From Urinicoccus massiliensis (GTDB taxonomy: Bacteria > Bacillota > Clostridia > Tissierellales > Peptoniphilaceae): a stretch of DNA of 32,000 nucleotides. Below the pieces are notes generated by a model. It searched no databases, was not told the DNA's origin, and saw only the letters and a program-made list of their open reading frames with translations. Within the stretch, counting starts at the first letter, position 1. Each line of letters opens with the position of its first letter. The translations under genes were made by a program, and so were the position numbers. The stretch is from assembly GCF_900120405.1 (NCBI RefSeq), contig NZ_LT635493.1, positions 929,452-961,451 on the forward strand, read 5' to 3'. Of this stretch, positions 6,554 through 15,532 are shown in pieces.

Positions 6554-9500
6554 TTAAGCAACTTCTCTATATCGAGTATATACATATTCATAAATCTGTT
6601 GACGATACATAGAGATACTAACCTCATCGTAACACTCCGGCAATTCTGCCCAAAGGGTATCACGGATAAGATTATCAATAGCTGCTTTTGTTTCTTGCTT
6701 ATCTGTCCAATGGTCAAATTCTGCAATTTTAGTTTTTATTTTCTGTATTAGGGATGCGGCAACTTCTTTAAGTTTCTTGATGTCTGTCTTGCTCAAATCA
6801 TCACGGAACAACATATCATAAAGAGAAAGCTCTTCATCACTTGTAAAACCTTCACGGACATAGCGTTGTTCTTCATGGCCTATTCGATTAGCCAAATCCA
6901 TCAACTCCATGAAAGTTTTCTCGATTGTGGCTCTGTCCTGCTCGCTATTATAATCATCGATAATTTGCTGATAGCGTTCGTAGTAGTTAATTCGATCAGG
7001 ATTAGTAAAAAGCATACTGTCAAGTTTCTGTTGGATTGCTTCCTCTAAATCCCTTAAAACAAGGTTCTTTTTCTTAATCTTTGAGAACTCCCTGCGAAGA
7101 AGATCAAAGTCAATGTCACTGATATCAAACCTGCGTGGTTGTTCATACGCCATAGTAGGTGTATGCTGAATTTCAACATATGCACTTATAATTTCATTGA
7201 TTTCAATCATAAGGTCAGTGGTATTGATGTGCTTACGCTTTTTTTGTAATTCGGCATAGATAGCGGCAATAGCTTCATACTGCTTACGAGTGTGACCAGT
7301 GATATCATCTCTGTCAGTATATTTCATTAGACGATTCAATTCCGATGCATAGGTAGTATATGTTTTTTTATCCTCAATCGAACCGCATACTGCATTCGCT
7401 GCTTCCTGGAGGTAGGATAGCTTCATAAAATCATAGGCGTCAATGAGCATTTCTAAGTCAAAATCATTTTCACTCAAAAATTCAACTACTTTACCAATAG
7501 TTTCGATAATACGAACAATAAGTTCGTCTTTATCTATTGTAGGGTCTGAGCCACCATCTCCACCTACATTAGCAGTATAATCTGCAAGAGCCTTTCTTAA
7601 CGCTTTTACGATTCCAATATAATCTATAATCAAACCATTGCTTTTGCCTTCGCTGACACGATTGGCACGTGCTATGGTCTGCATAAGTGTATGAGCCTTT
7701 AATGGCTTGTCGAGATATAGGCATGAAAGACATTTAACATCAAAGCCAGTAAGCCACATTGCACATACAAAGACAACACGGAGCGGATTTTTTGAATCCT
7801 TAAATTCTTTATCTAAGTCACGCTTTTCCATCTTGCTGCGGTGAGTCTTTATGTCTAGATTCCATTTTTTAAATGTTTGGATTTCGTTTTGTTCCTGACT
7901 GATTACAACAGCCATTTCAGTTTCTTCCATCCATTTGATTTTTCGTTCAAGTTCAAGAGACTCTTGTTGACTGGCATTTTTCAAACTTGCCTTTAAGGTT
8001 TTGATTTCTGCTTTCCAATATTCCTGCACATAATTATACATACGGACACAGGTAACCTTGTTTAAGCAAACAAACATAGCCTTTCCGCTTGTCCATAAAT
8101 CAGAGTAGTGGTTTACAAAGTCGCGGGCAATAGATCTTAGCCTAGGCTCGGCTGTGAGTAGGTGGATCTCCTTTGCAAATTCAGCCTCTAGCTTATCCTG
8201 TTGGTCAACATCAAGGTCAGCACTTTCGATAGCATCAAGAATTTGATTCGTGATTTCCGGATTGTGTAAATCAACAATCTTTTCCCCACGATTTTCGTAG
8301 TAAAGAGGGACAGTCGCACCATCTTCAACAGCCCTTTTAAAGTCATAAACGGATACATAACCACCAAAAGTACGAGCAGTAATATTATCACTGGAAAGTA
8401 ATGGCGTACCTGTAAAGCCGATGCGTGCAGCAGTAGGCAACAATTTCATCATATTATCAGCGAAGATACCATATTGGCTACGATGGGCTTCATCAGACAT
8501 GATAATGATATCATGATCGGGATAGATCGGCTTTTCATTCGGTTTATTAAACTTCTGTATCAAAGTGAAGATAAAGCTTGGATTTCCATGTAGTTTCTTA
8601 ACAAGGTCCTCTCCACTTGTTGCAATAAATTCAGAAGCCTTGATATCCCTACCAAGCAGCCCACAATTCTCAAAGGTATCACTAATCTGCCTATTCAGTT
8701 CATCGCGGTCTGTAAGGATAACAAAGGTTGGCGTTCCTTCCATTTTTCTTCGGACCTTTTTTGCAAAGAAGACCATTGAATAACTTTTGCCAGAACCTTG
8801 TGTATGCCAGAAGACACCAAGCTTACCATCATTCAGATTTCTGTCCGCATAAGCCTTCATCGCTTCGTTCACACCAAGGTATTGGTGGTTACGAGCCAGT
8901 ATCTTTACCGTGCGCCCATCAGAATGGTCATATAGGATAAAATTTTCAAATAAATCAAGGAAATTTTCCTTCTTACAAATACCACGAAGCATTGTTTCAA
9001 GAGCAACACTTCCTTGGTCCTCTTCGGCAAGACGCTTCCATTCATGGAAGAATTCAAACTTACTGCCAAGGGTACCAACCTTAGCCTCTGTTCCATTAGA
9101 AAGCATAATAAAGGCATTGTAATAGAACAAGTGGGGAATGGTATCAAGATAATCAGTGTAGTTATCTTCATAGGCATTCTGAACATCCACAGTATTCTTC
9201 TTAAGCTCTACAAAGAGAAGGGGAATCCCATTTACAAAGCCTACGATGTCCGTTCTTCTGCGATATAAATCTCCATGAATCTTAAGTTCCTTGATTGCAA
9301 GAAAATAATTTTCATCGGGATTATTAAAATCAATCACTATAGCCTTTTTTGTTTCCGTCTGACCATTTGGCTTTTTGACTGTAACTGGAATACCGTCTCG
9401 AAGGAAAAAATATTTTTCTTCATTCACTTGGAGGAGGGAAGAAGTAGACAATCTCTTTTCTAAAAGCTCCTGGGCCTCAATGATCTGATTTTCATTGATC

Positions 9501-9697
9501 CAGGGATTGAACTTTCTAAGAGCCTCTATAAAATAGCGAGTAAGCAAAATATCCTTATAGCTTTCTCTGCCGAAAGAGCCATTTTCACCGAGCACTTCAG
9601 TATTATAGGCAAACTGAACATCCCAGCCTAATTCATCACACAGTAAATTCCCAGCACTTTCCTGGACAAGGATATTCTCTGAATAATCATAGCTCAT
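6554..9697 (-). CDS. hsdR: Type I restriction endonuclease subunit R
   Basis: 1047 aa. Walker A HTQGSGKSYSM, DEAH box MSDEAHRSQ, helicase motif FTGTP, and an N-terminal nuclease region typical of HsdR. RBS GGGAGGTGG precedes the start. Confidence 0.95.
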   Translation of the reverse strand: MSYDYSENILVQESAGNLLCDELGWDVQFAYNTEVLGENGSFGRESYKDILLTRYFIEALRKFNPWINENQIIEAQELLEKRLSTSSLLQVNEEKYFFLRDGIPVTVKKPNGQTETKKAIVIDFNNPDENYFLAIKELKIHGDLYRRRTDIVGFVNGIPLLFVELKKNTVDVQNAYEDNYTDYLDTIPHLFYYNAFIMLSNGTEAKVGTLGSKFEFFHEWKRLAEEDQGSVALETMLRGICKKENFLDLFENFILYDHSDGRTVKILARNHQYLGVNEAMKAYADRNLNDGKLGVFWHTQGSGKSYSMVFFAKKVRRKMEGTPTFVILTDRDELNRQISDTFENCGLLGRDIKASEFIATSGEDLVKKLHGNPSFIFTLIQKFNKPNEKPIYPDHDIIIMSDEAHRSQYGIFADNMMKLLPTAARIGFTGTPLLSSDNITARTFGGYVSVYDFKRAVEDGATVPLYYENRGEKIVDLHNPEITNQILDAIESADLDVDQQDKLEAEFAKEIHLLTAEPRLRSIARDFVNHYSDLWTSGKAMFVCLNKVTCVRMYNYVQEYWKAEIKTLKASLKNASQQESLELERKIKWMEETEMAVVISQEQNEIQTFKKWNLDIKTHRSKMEKRDLDKEFKDSKNPLRVVFVCAMWLTGFDVKCLSCLYLDKPLKAHTLMQTIARANRVSEGKSNGLIIDYIGIVKALRKALADYTANVGGDGGSDPTIDKDELIVRIIETIGKVVEFLSENDFDLEMLIDAYDFMKLSYLQEAANAVCGSIEDKKTYTTYASELNRLMKYTDRDDITGHTRKQYEAIAAIYAELQKKRKHINTTDLMIEINEIISAYVEIQHTPTMAYEQPRRFDISDIDFDLLRREFSKIKKKNLVLRDLEEAIQQKLDSMLFTNPDRINYYERYQQIIDDYNSEQDRATIEKTFMELMDLANRIGHEEQRYVREGFTSDEELSLYDMLFRDDLSKTDIKKLKEVAASLIQKIKTKIAEFDHWTDKQETKAAIDNLIRDTLWAELPECYDEVSISMYRQQIYEYVYTRYREVA

Positions 9698-9712
9698 TGT
9701 TTTCCACCTCCC

Positions 9713-10918
9713 TTACACTTGGATTTCTCCACTCATTAATTTGGGTAATAAACGGTCACGGGCTTCAGCAGCAGTTATCATTGATTTATTAAGCAATATT
9801 TTTTTATCTATTAATGGTTTTGTCATTTCTTCAAACATTATTAGAACTTCTTTGCTTGGCTTCAAAATCTGCATCTGTCCAGTTCTTATTGGACTTAAAT
9901 TTTGCTGAGCTGCACCATTGGCTAGATTATTCATATCATGAAACATCTTTTTGCTACTAAATAAGCAATACGCATAACAAGGATAGTCAGATGCAATTTT
10001 TGCTACACGCTGATTTAACAAGTAATCATTACCGATAACTGTACAAATTCTTCCTACATTACCTGTTAATGAAAGTAATGTATCACCTTCAATCAATTTG
10101 CAATGACTAGGCATCTTGGTAGGTATTTCAACTATTCTATTAACATTATTTCCATCAAATTTCCCATCCTGAACATTTTTTATAGTCACTATCTTGAATT
10201 TTCCTGTATTGTCAAATGAATTGCTTTTAAATGCATAACCACTTTGAAGCTTGATAAAACTATCTACGGTTGTGAAAGTCCATCCATCAGGCACACCATC
10301 AACAATCTCCACATCTTCATATCCCGGAAAATGCAAATCAACAAACCAATCCTTGTAGAGCCTCTGTGCTGCTTCTTCGAGAATTTTAATTTGTTTCTTA
10401 TTATTTACAATTAAGTCATCGTAATTAGATAAAATATTTGCAATTTTATGTTGCTTCTCCATTGGAGGCAAGGAAATAATAAATTCCGGAAATTTAGCAA
10501 TAGGTATTCTATCTACTGTTGCTCCAGTAATTATATGTGATGATACAGTTGATCGCCATTCCTCCGAAAAAAAATAATAATACAAATATTTCCCATGCGC
10601 TTTGGTTTCATCCGGTCTAATTAGTGCCATTCTTCTTCCAAGACATCCCCAAAAATCATCCGGAATAATAGCATATAAATTCAGCGTTGCCTCATACGAG
10701 AAAACAATATCTCCGCCTTTTGGAGTAACTCTCTTTGTCCACTTTGGGAGGTCATTCTCATTGATATGTTTAATATCAGAAAGATCGATATGACCATCTT
10801 TTGTTATATTTGATATTCCAAGAAAAATTGCTCCATCATCACTGGTAGGAGGTGTCGCATGAGGGCCATCATACAGTCCCTCATATACATCTCCAATTTT
10901 CACCTTTTCCCACATCAT
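9713..10918 (-). CDS. hsdS: Type I restriction-modification specificity subunit S (two target-recognition domains)
   Basis: 401 aa. Central conserved helix LPPMEKQHKIANILSNYDDLIVNNKKQIKILEEAAQRLYKDWFV and C-terminal AEARDRLLPKLMSGEI. The start overlaps the hsdM stop (ATGA). Confidence 0.92.
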   Translation of the reverse strand: MMWEKVKIGDVYEGLYDGPHATPPTSDDGAIFLGISNITKDGHIDLSDIKHINENDLPKWTKRVTPKGGDIVFSYEATLNLYAIIPDDFWGCLGRRMALIRPDETKAHGKYLYYYFFSEEWRSTVSSHIITGATVDRIPIAKFPEFIISLPPMEKQHKIANILSNYDDLIVNNKKQIKILEEAAQRLYKDWFVDLHFPGYEDVEIVDGVPDGWTFTTVDSFIKLQSGYAFKSNSFDNTGKFKIVTIKNVQDGKFDGNNVNRIVEIPTKMPSHCKLIEGDTLLSLTGNVGRICTVIGNDYLLNQRVAKIASDYPCYAYCLFSSKKMFHDMNNLANGAAQQNLSPIRTGQMQILKPSKEVLIMFEEMTKPLIDKKILLNKSMITAAEARDRLLPKLMSGEIQV

Positions 10919-12735
10919 AGCCCCATCTCCTTCATATTCTGTGAGATGGTATCCATCAAGTCGTTTGATTCTGCCTGTAAAGACAATAATTCACGGTGGA
11001 TTTCAGTCATGCGTTCTTCAAAGTCTACCCCATCATCTTCAAGGGGTGCCACGCCGACATAGGCTCCGGGAGTAAGGGACCAGCCCTTTTCTTCGATTTC
11101 AGAAATGGATGCTAGCTTACAAAGACCAGGGACATCAGCATAGACTCCCTCACCGAATTTTTCGTAGAGCCAGTTTGCTTCCTTAGCTATTGTGAGGGTA
11201 TCGTTAAGTTCTGCAAGTTTTGTATCATAGGCTTCCTGGGTCTTTTTCTTTTCTCGTTTTTCAGCCGACTTGACTGCTTTTTTTGCTTCTGATCGAAGGG
11301 CTTTTGCCTTCTCTCCTAGTTCGTGTACTTGGTCTGCAAAAGGCCTATCACTGCCTAGAGCAGACCGATATTCATTAAGAAGGGCAGAGTATTTATCGAC
11401 CTCGCCACGATATAGCCATACAATGGCATTCATGTTTTTAAGTTGCCAATCAGTCCATTCGTTCAGGGTACGGTCAACGACTGTATAATAATTTCTTGCA
11501 TCGATGAAAAGGACCTTATCCTTGATGGGCTCAGTCTTTCCCTTATCAAAGAACCAAAGAGAACATGGTAAAGATTTGGTATAGAAAAAGTTATTGCCAA
11601 CACTAACCATGGCATCGACATGGCCTGTTTTAACAAGACTTTCTCTGATGCTTTTATCTTTGCCTTGACTATCGGTAGCAGATGAAGCCATGACAAAACC
11701 GGCACGACCTCTTTCGTTAAGGTAACTATAGAAGTAAGAAATCCAAAGATAATTCGCATTTCCAATTTCTTTATTTTTATTGATACTTGGCATTCCAAAA
11801 GGCAAACGCTTTGCGCTTTCACATGATTCGGCCTTTACCTTGTCTACATTGAAAGGTGGATTTGCCATTACATAATCGCAAGAACCATCAAGCTTGTGGG
11901 CATCGTAATAGAAAGTGTTAGCTTGGTCACCGGATTTGATGACACCTGTTAGTCCATGCACTGCCATATTCATAAGGCAAAGCTGGGCATTATATTCAAC
12001 CTTCTCCTGACCATAGAAGGTCATAGTGCTGTTGGCGTTCATTCCTGTAGCATTTACAAAATCCCCGGACTGGATGAACATACCTCCCGAACCACAAGCT
12101 GGATCCAGCAAGACTCCACTTGTAGGTTCGATTATATTAACAATCATCTTTACAAGAGACTTAGGGGTAAAGAAAACACCGTCGTCAGATGCGATATTTT
12201 TTGCAAATTTATTTAAAAAGTACTCATAGATTCTTCCGATAATATCTCCACCGACTTTATCAAGAGCAGAGTTATTAAAGATACGAAGAAGTTCTGATAA
12301 AATCTCATCAGAGAAATCGGTATAAGTCTTAGGAAGTACACCTACTAATTGCTCGCTTTGTTCTTCAATGAGATGCATAGCGTTATTGACAACTTCTCCT
12401 AAACTATTCATAGTATGACCGTCTTTATTAACAAGTCCTAAAGAAGAAATATCCTCTGGAAGGTTCAACAAGTAATCATACTGGGCTTCTTTAGGAAGAT
12501 ATAAGGCACTCTTGGCTGCGAAGTCGCTTGCCTCAACAGGTAAAACTCGACCGCCACGAGATGGACGTCCTTTTAAGATTTCTGCTTCAACCATTTTGTA
12601 TCTGCTATAGGCGTAGCGTAGGAAAATAAGTCCAAGAACAGGCATACAATATTGATTTGATGTAAGCTTAGAACCTGCACGTAGTAAATCCGCAGATTCC
12701 CATAAATCTGATTCAAGTTTTCTTATATTAATCAT
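10915..12735 (-). CDS. hsdM: Type I restriction-modification N6-adenine DNA methyltransferase subunit M (long form with a coiled-coil C-terminal extension)
   Basis: 606 aa. N-terminal HsdM helical domain (LWESADLLRAGSKLTSNQYCMPVLGLIFLRY), motif I LDPACGSGGMF, motif IV VMANPPFN, and C-terminal GWSLTPGAYVG. Confidence 0.95.
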   Translation of the reverse strand: MINIRKLESDLWESADLLRAGSKLTSNQYCMPVLGLIFLRYAYSRYKMVEAEILKGRPSRGGRVLPVEASDFAAKSALYLPKEAQYDYLLNLPEDISSLGLVNKDGHTMNSLGEVVNNAMHLIEEQSEQLVGVLPKTYTDFSDEILSELLRIFNNSALDKVGGDIIGRIYEYFLNKFAKNIASDDGVFFTPKSLVKMIVNIIEPTSGVLLDPACGSGGMFIQSGDFVNATGMNANSTMTFYGQEKVEYNAQLCLMNMAVHGLTGVIKSGDQANTFYYDAHKLDGSCDYVMANPPFNVDKVKAESCESAKRLPFGMPSINKNKEIGNANYLWISYFYSYLNERGRAGFVMASSATDSQGKDKSIRESLVKTGHVDAMVSVGNNFFYTKSLPCSLWFFDKGKTEPIKDKVLFIDARNYYTVVDRTLNEWTDWQLKNMNAIVWLYRGEVDKYSALLNEYRSALGSDRPFADQVHELGEKAKALRSEAKKAVKSAEKREKKKTQEAYDTKLAELNDTLTIAKEANWLYEKFGEGVYADVPGLCKLASISEIEEKGWSLTPGAYVGVAPLEDDGVDFEERMTEIHRELLSLQAESNDLMDTISQNMKEMGL

Positions 12736-12878
12736 TTCGATTTTTCCTCCGCTTTAAATTCCATAATATCAGTGGGCTTGCAGTGTAAGTCGTACATATG
12801 CCTTCCACTTTCTTTAGCTATATATTGCCCTGTATGAAGTTTAGTAATAATGTTGGTGAAAATATTGCTCATTCTCAT
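12732..12878 (-). CDS. Small ORF (48 aa) whose stop overlaps the hsdM start; possibly the C-terminal remnant of a larger gene
   Basis: MRMSNIFTNIITKLHTGQYIAKESGRHMYDLHCKPTDIMEFKAEEKSK. Its TGA overlaps the hsdM ATG (ATGA). The frame stays open about 13 codons further upstream but has no convincing RBS or start. Confidence 0.25.
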   Translation of the reverse strand: MRMSNIFTNIITKLHTGQYIAKESGRHMYDLHCKPTDIMEFKAEEKSK

Positions 12879-13160
12879 TAAGTCTTGATTGGAAATGTCT
12901 TCATCAATTATAAAATGTAAGAGTTTTTATAACTAACAGCCATAGTTCCATTCTTATTATCTTAATTAAGATTATCATAATTATGTGAATATATCAACGA
13001 TATAGAGAGCTAACTTAATAGGAATAGATCAGATTTTAAAAGCCGGTCTTTTTTATGTAGAAGTAACAAACCTTATAGAAAAATAGAAAATCATGAAGAG
13101 AAATATGGCAGATCCATTCTCTACCTCTTAATAAATCAAAGCGAGGTCATGGTGATTAGT

Positions 13161-13202
13161 ATGGCAATTACAAAAATACATCCCATAAAAGCAACTTTAA
13201 AT
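13161..13202 (+). pseudogene. N-terminal 14 codons resembling a MOB relaxase/mobilisation nuclease, then unrelated sequence
   Basis: MAITKIHPIKATLN matches my recollection of the conserved MA(I/V)TKIHPIK(S/A)TL start of clostridial relaxase/mobilisation nuclease proteins. The frame then continues as low-complexity MLFVIIILIK... to a stop at 13298. Confidence 0.3.
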
Positions 13203-13360
13203 ATGCTTTTTGTTATAATTATACTAATAAAGAGAGTGTATATGGAAACTACCATTTATGGCTATCGTATTATAATAGTGATAGAGATAAAAAATTAAGT
13301 TAATGTGAAGAGTTAGATGCTTCTATATAATGATATAATTTTTATAATGAGGAGATAATT

Positions 13361-13432
13361 ATGAGATCAATGTTATTAAATCTAACCATAGTAAAAACAC
13401 ATATAAACTTTCTTGGAGTGATACAGGTTTGA
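13361..13432 (+). CDS. 23-codon ORF with strong expression signals (function unknown; could be a truncated gene start)
   Basis: TGaTATAAT (13331-13339), a second TATAAT (13343-13348), and GAGGAG 6 nt before the ATG. The peptide is MRSMLLNLTIVKTHINFLGVIQV. Confidence 0.25.
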   Translation: MRSMLLNLTIVKTHINFLGVIQV

Positions 13433-13462
13433 ATAAAGAAGTATGATGTTAATAATTTTTCT

Positions 13463-13603
13463 CCGGGACTGGGACGGGACTAAAAATCTGAAAACATCCT
13501 ATAATTAGATGGATTTAATGATATTAGAAAAATTAGAACCTAGTATTTTGAATGGTTTTGGATACATCGTACGTTTGAAAAAGAATGGGAAGAGTAGCAA
13601 AAA
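13463..13603 (+). repeat. Island repeat copy C (core only), abutting the first chromosomal-side gene
   Basis: Aligns with the cores of copies A and B but is more diverged (for example AAAACATCC versus AAAACGTCC, CGTACGTTTGAAAAAG versus CGGACGTTTGGAAAAG). Homology stops at GCAAAA, directly before the GAAGGAGGGG RBS of the 13621 ORF. Confidence 0.8.
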
Positions 13604-13620
13604 CCTGAAGGAGGGGTTGT

Positions 13621-13875
13621 ATGGATATTTTACGGGCAATATTGCCTGTGGTCTTGGTTAGTTTAGTGGTGGTTTATATAATTCATACCACTAAGAAAAA
13701 AGCAAAAAAGAAAGAGATCGATAAGATAGAAGAAAGTTATCTAGTCGAGGGCATGACCATAGGAATGTGCCTAGGGACTGCAGTTGGAATTGCCCTGAAT
13801 ATGGAAAATATAGCCATAGGCATATCTGTGGGTATGCTCATTGGGATGCTGGTGGGCATGGCTAGTAAAAAATAA
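13621..13875 (+). CDS. Small membrane protein with a glycine-zipper-like C-terminal half
   Basis: 84 aa. RBS GGAGGGG lies 6 nt upstream. N-terminal TM helix (ILPVVLVSLVVVYIIH), a K-rich linker, then GMTIGMCLGTAVGIALNMENIAIGISVGMLIGMLVGM. Confidence 0.7.
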   Translation: MDILRAILPVVLVSLVVVYIIHTTKKKAKKKEIDKIEESYLVEGMTIGMCLGTAVGIALNMENIAIGISVGMLIGMLVGMASKK

Positions 13876-13883
13876 AGATAGAG

Positions 13884-13920
13884 AAAAAAGGTCCATCCTT
13901 AGGATGGGCCTTTTGCTTTG
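13884..13920. terminator. Bidirectional terminator, copy 1 of a perfect 37-bp direct repeat
   Basis: AAAAAA-GGTCCATCC-tta-GGATGGGCC-TTTTGCTTTG. Identical to 15496-15532. Confidence 0.75.
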
Positions 13921-14006
13921 CTGGGAAGAAGATAAAATGAAAAAATGCAGCAGGCCAGTTAAAAAAAATAATATTTTAACAAAATTTAATAAAGTGATAA
14001 AATATC

Positions 14007-14035
14007 TTGAATTATTTTTAACAATCATTTATAAT
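14007..14035 (+). promoter_or_regulatory. Sigma-A type promoter for nhaC
   Basis: TTGAAT (14007-14012), 17-nt spacer, TATAAT (14030-14035). Confidence 0.6.
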
Positions 14036-14086
14036 TAAAGTGAACATTTATAAAAAATATATGTTTAAATATAAAAGGAGGAATCT

Positions 14087-15478
14087 ATGTCGAAAGAGAA
14101 AAGAATGCCAAAATTATGGGAAGCTCTTTTCCCGATGTTCGCCATGGCGGTGATTGTTGTCTATTCCATGCTAGTTTTGGAAATTGATCCGCATATCCCC
14201 ATTGTTTTATCAACTATTGTTGCAGCACTAATGGCTTGGAAGGTGGGTCTAACATGGACAGAAATCAATGATGGAATGATTACGTCTGTTTTTAGGGCCA
14301 TAGAAGCACTTATGATTGTCATGTGCGTAGGTATGTTAATTGGGTCCTGGGTTTTATCAGGAATTGTTCCGGCCATGATTTACTATGGTTTAGAAATAAT
14401 CAGCCCAAAACTATTTTTACCCACAGGCTGTATTTTATGTGCAATTGTTTCGGTAGCTACAGGGTCTGCATGGACTTCTGGAGGTACGGTTGGCGTGGCC
14501 TTGATGGGAATTGGTGCTGGACTTGGAATTCGACCAGAAATCACAGCAGGTATGGTTATTTCTGGTGCCTATTTTGGAGATAAGATTTCTCCCTTATCTG
14601 ACAGTACAAACGTAGCAGCAGCTGCAGCAGAAACAAACCTATATGAACACGTTCGGTCCATGTTATATACGACAGCTCCCAGTATGATTATTGCCTTGAT
14701 TATTTACACAATCATAGGATTAAATCATTCATCAGATAACTATAGCCTGAGTTTAATTGATGAGATGCGGGGAGTTTTAGCCCAAAACTTCACAATAACA
14801 CCAGTCTTATTTATTGGACCCCTCTTTGTTTTACTATCAGCCTGGAAAAAAATACCAGCAATTCCGTCCTTACTTATGGCCAGTGGAGTAGGCTGTGCCC
14901 TCGCTTTTATCTATCAAGGTGCAAATTTAGTTGACGTATTAAACGTCTTGTTGGATGGATATACCGGGGATACGGGAATGGAATTGATAGATCGTTTGTT
15001 GACTCGTGGAGGAGTCAATGGAATGATGTGGACTATTTCCTTAATTATCTTTGCCCTTTGTTTTGGTGGAATTTTGGAAAAAGCTCGCTTTACCGATGCA
15101 ATCTTAATCCGAGTTATGAAATATGTCCATAGTGTAGGATCTCTCGTCCTGACGACAATTGTAACAGGAATTTTATGTGACTTTGTCTTAACAGACCAAT
15201 ACTTAGCTAATATTATTCCTGGCCGGATGTACTATAAGCTCTATGATGAAATGGGCTTGAAGAGAAGTTATTTATCCAGAACCTTGGAAGATGGTGGCAG
15301 CTTGTGGTCTCCTATGTTTCCATGGAATGGGTGTGGGGCATACCAGGCAGCTACTTTAGGCGTAGCAACTTTTTCTTACCTGCCTTTTGCCTTTTTGAAT
15401 TTACTCAATCCCATTGTAGCCATTATTATGGCCTATGCAGGAATCTTTATTTTCCGAAAGGGAGATAAGCGACCATAA
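14087..15478 (+). CDS. nhaC: Na+/H+ antiporter, NhaC family
   Basis: 463 aa polytopic membrane protein. SGAYFGDKISPLSDSTNVAAA is the hallmark NhaC motif. RBS AAAGGAGG precedes the start. Confidence 0.9.
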   Translation: MSKEKRMPKLWEALFPMFAMAVIVVYSMLVLEIDPHIPIVLSTIVAALMAWKVGLTWTEINDGMITSVFRAIEALMIVMCVGMLIGSWVLSGIVPAMIYYGLEIISPKLFLPTGCILCAIVSVATGSAWTSGGTVGVALMGIGAGLGIRPEITAGMVISGAYFGDKISPLSDSTNVAAAAAETNLYEHVRSMLYTTAPSMIIALIIYTIIGLNHSSDNYSLSLIDEMRGVLAQNFTITPVLFIGPLFVLLSAWKKIPAIPSLLMASGVGCALAFIYQGANLVDVLNVLLDGYTGDTGMELIDRLLTRGGVNGMMWTISLIIFALCFGGILEKARFTDAILIRVMKYVHSVGSLVLTTIVTGILCDFVLTDQYLANIIPGRMYYKLYDEMGLKRSYLSRTLEDGGSLWSPMFPWNGCGAYQAATLGVATFSYLPFAFLNLLNPIVAIIMAYAGIFIFRKGDKRP

Positions 15479-15495
15479 CTCTTTAAGATTTAAAT

Positions 15496-15532
15496 AAAAA
15501 AGGTCCATCCTTAGGATGGGCCTTTTGCTTTG
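15496..15532. terminator. Bidirectional terminator between nhaC (+) and fetB (-), copy 2 of the 37-bp repeat
   Basis: Same 37 nt as 13884-13920. Confidence 0.8.

Noticed and set aside
6511-6751. ORFs 6511-6726 (-) and 6530-6751 (+) at the hsdR 3' end.
   Set aside because: They overlap the well-supported C-terminus of hsdR (...YVYTRYREVA*) and have no RBS. These are chance open frames.
9713-10918. Possible phase-variable hsdS shuffling system.
   Set aside because: There is no second or partial hsdS copy, no inverted repeats within hsdS and no adjacent recombinase in the window.
13029-13056. ATCAGATTTTAAAAGCCGGTCTTTTTT resembles the end of the terminator module of repeats A and B (ATCAGACCG...GCGGTCTTTTT).
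   Set aside because: Only the flanks match. The hairpin is reduced to a 5-bp stem with a wobble pair. That is too little to call a fourth repeat copy without an alignment tool.
13771-14038. ORFs 13771-14028 (-) and 13841-14038 (+) between the small membrane gene and nhaC.
   Set aside because: They run through the terminator hairpin and the nhaC promoter, lack RBSs and give low-complexity translations.
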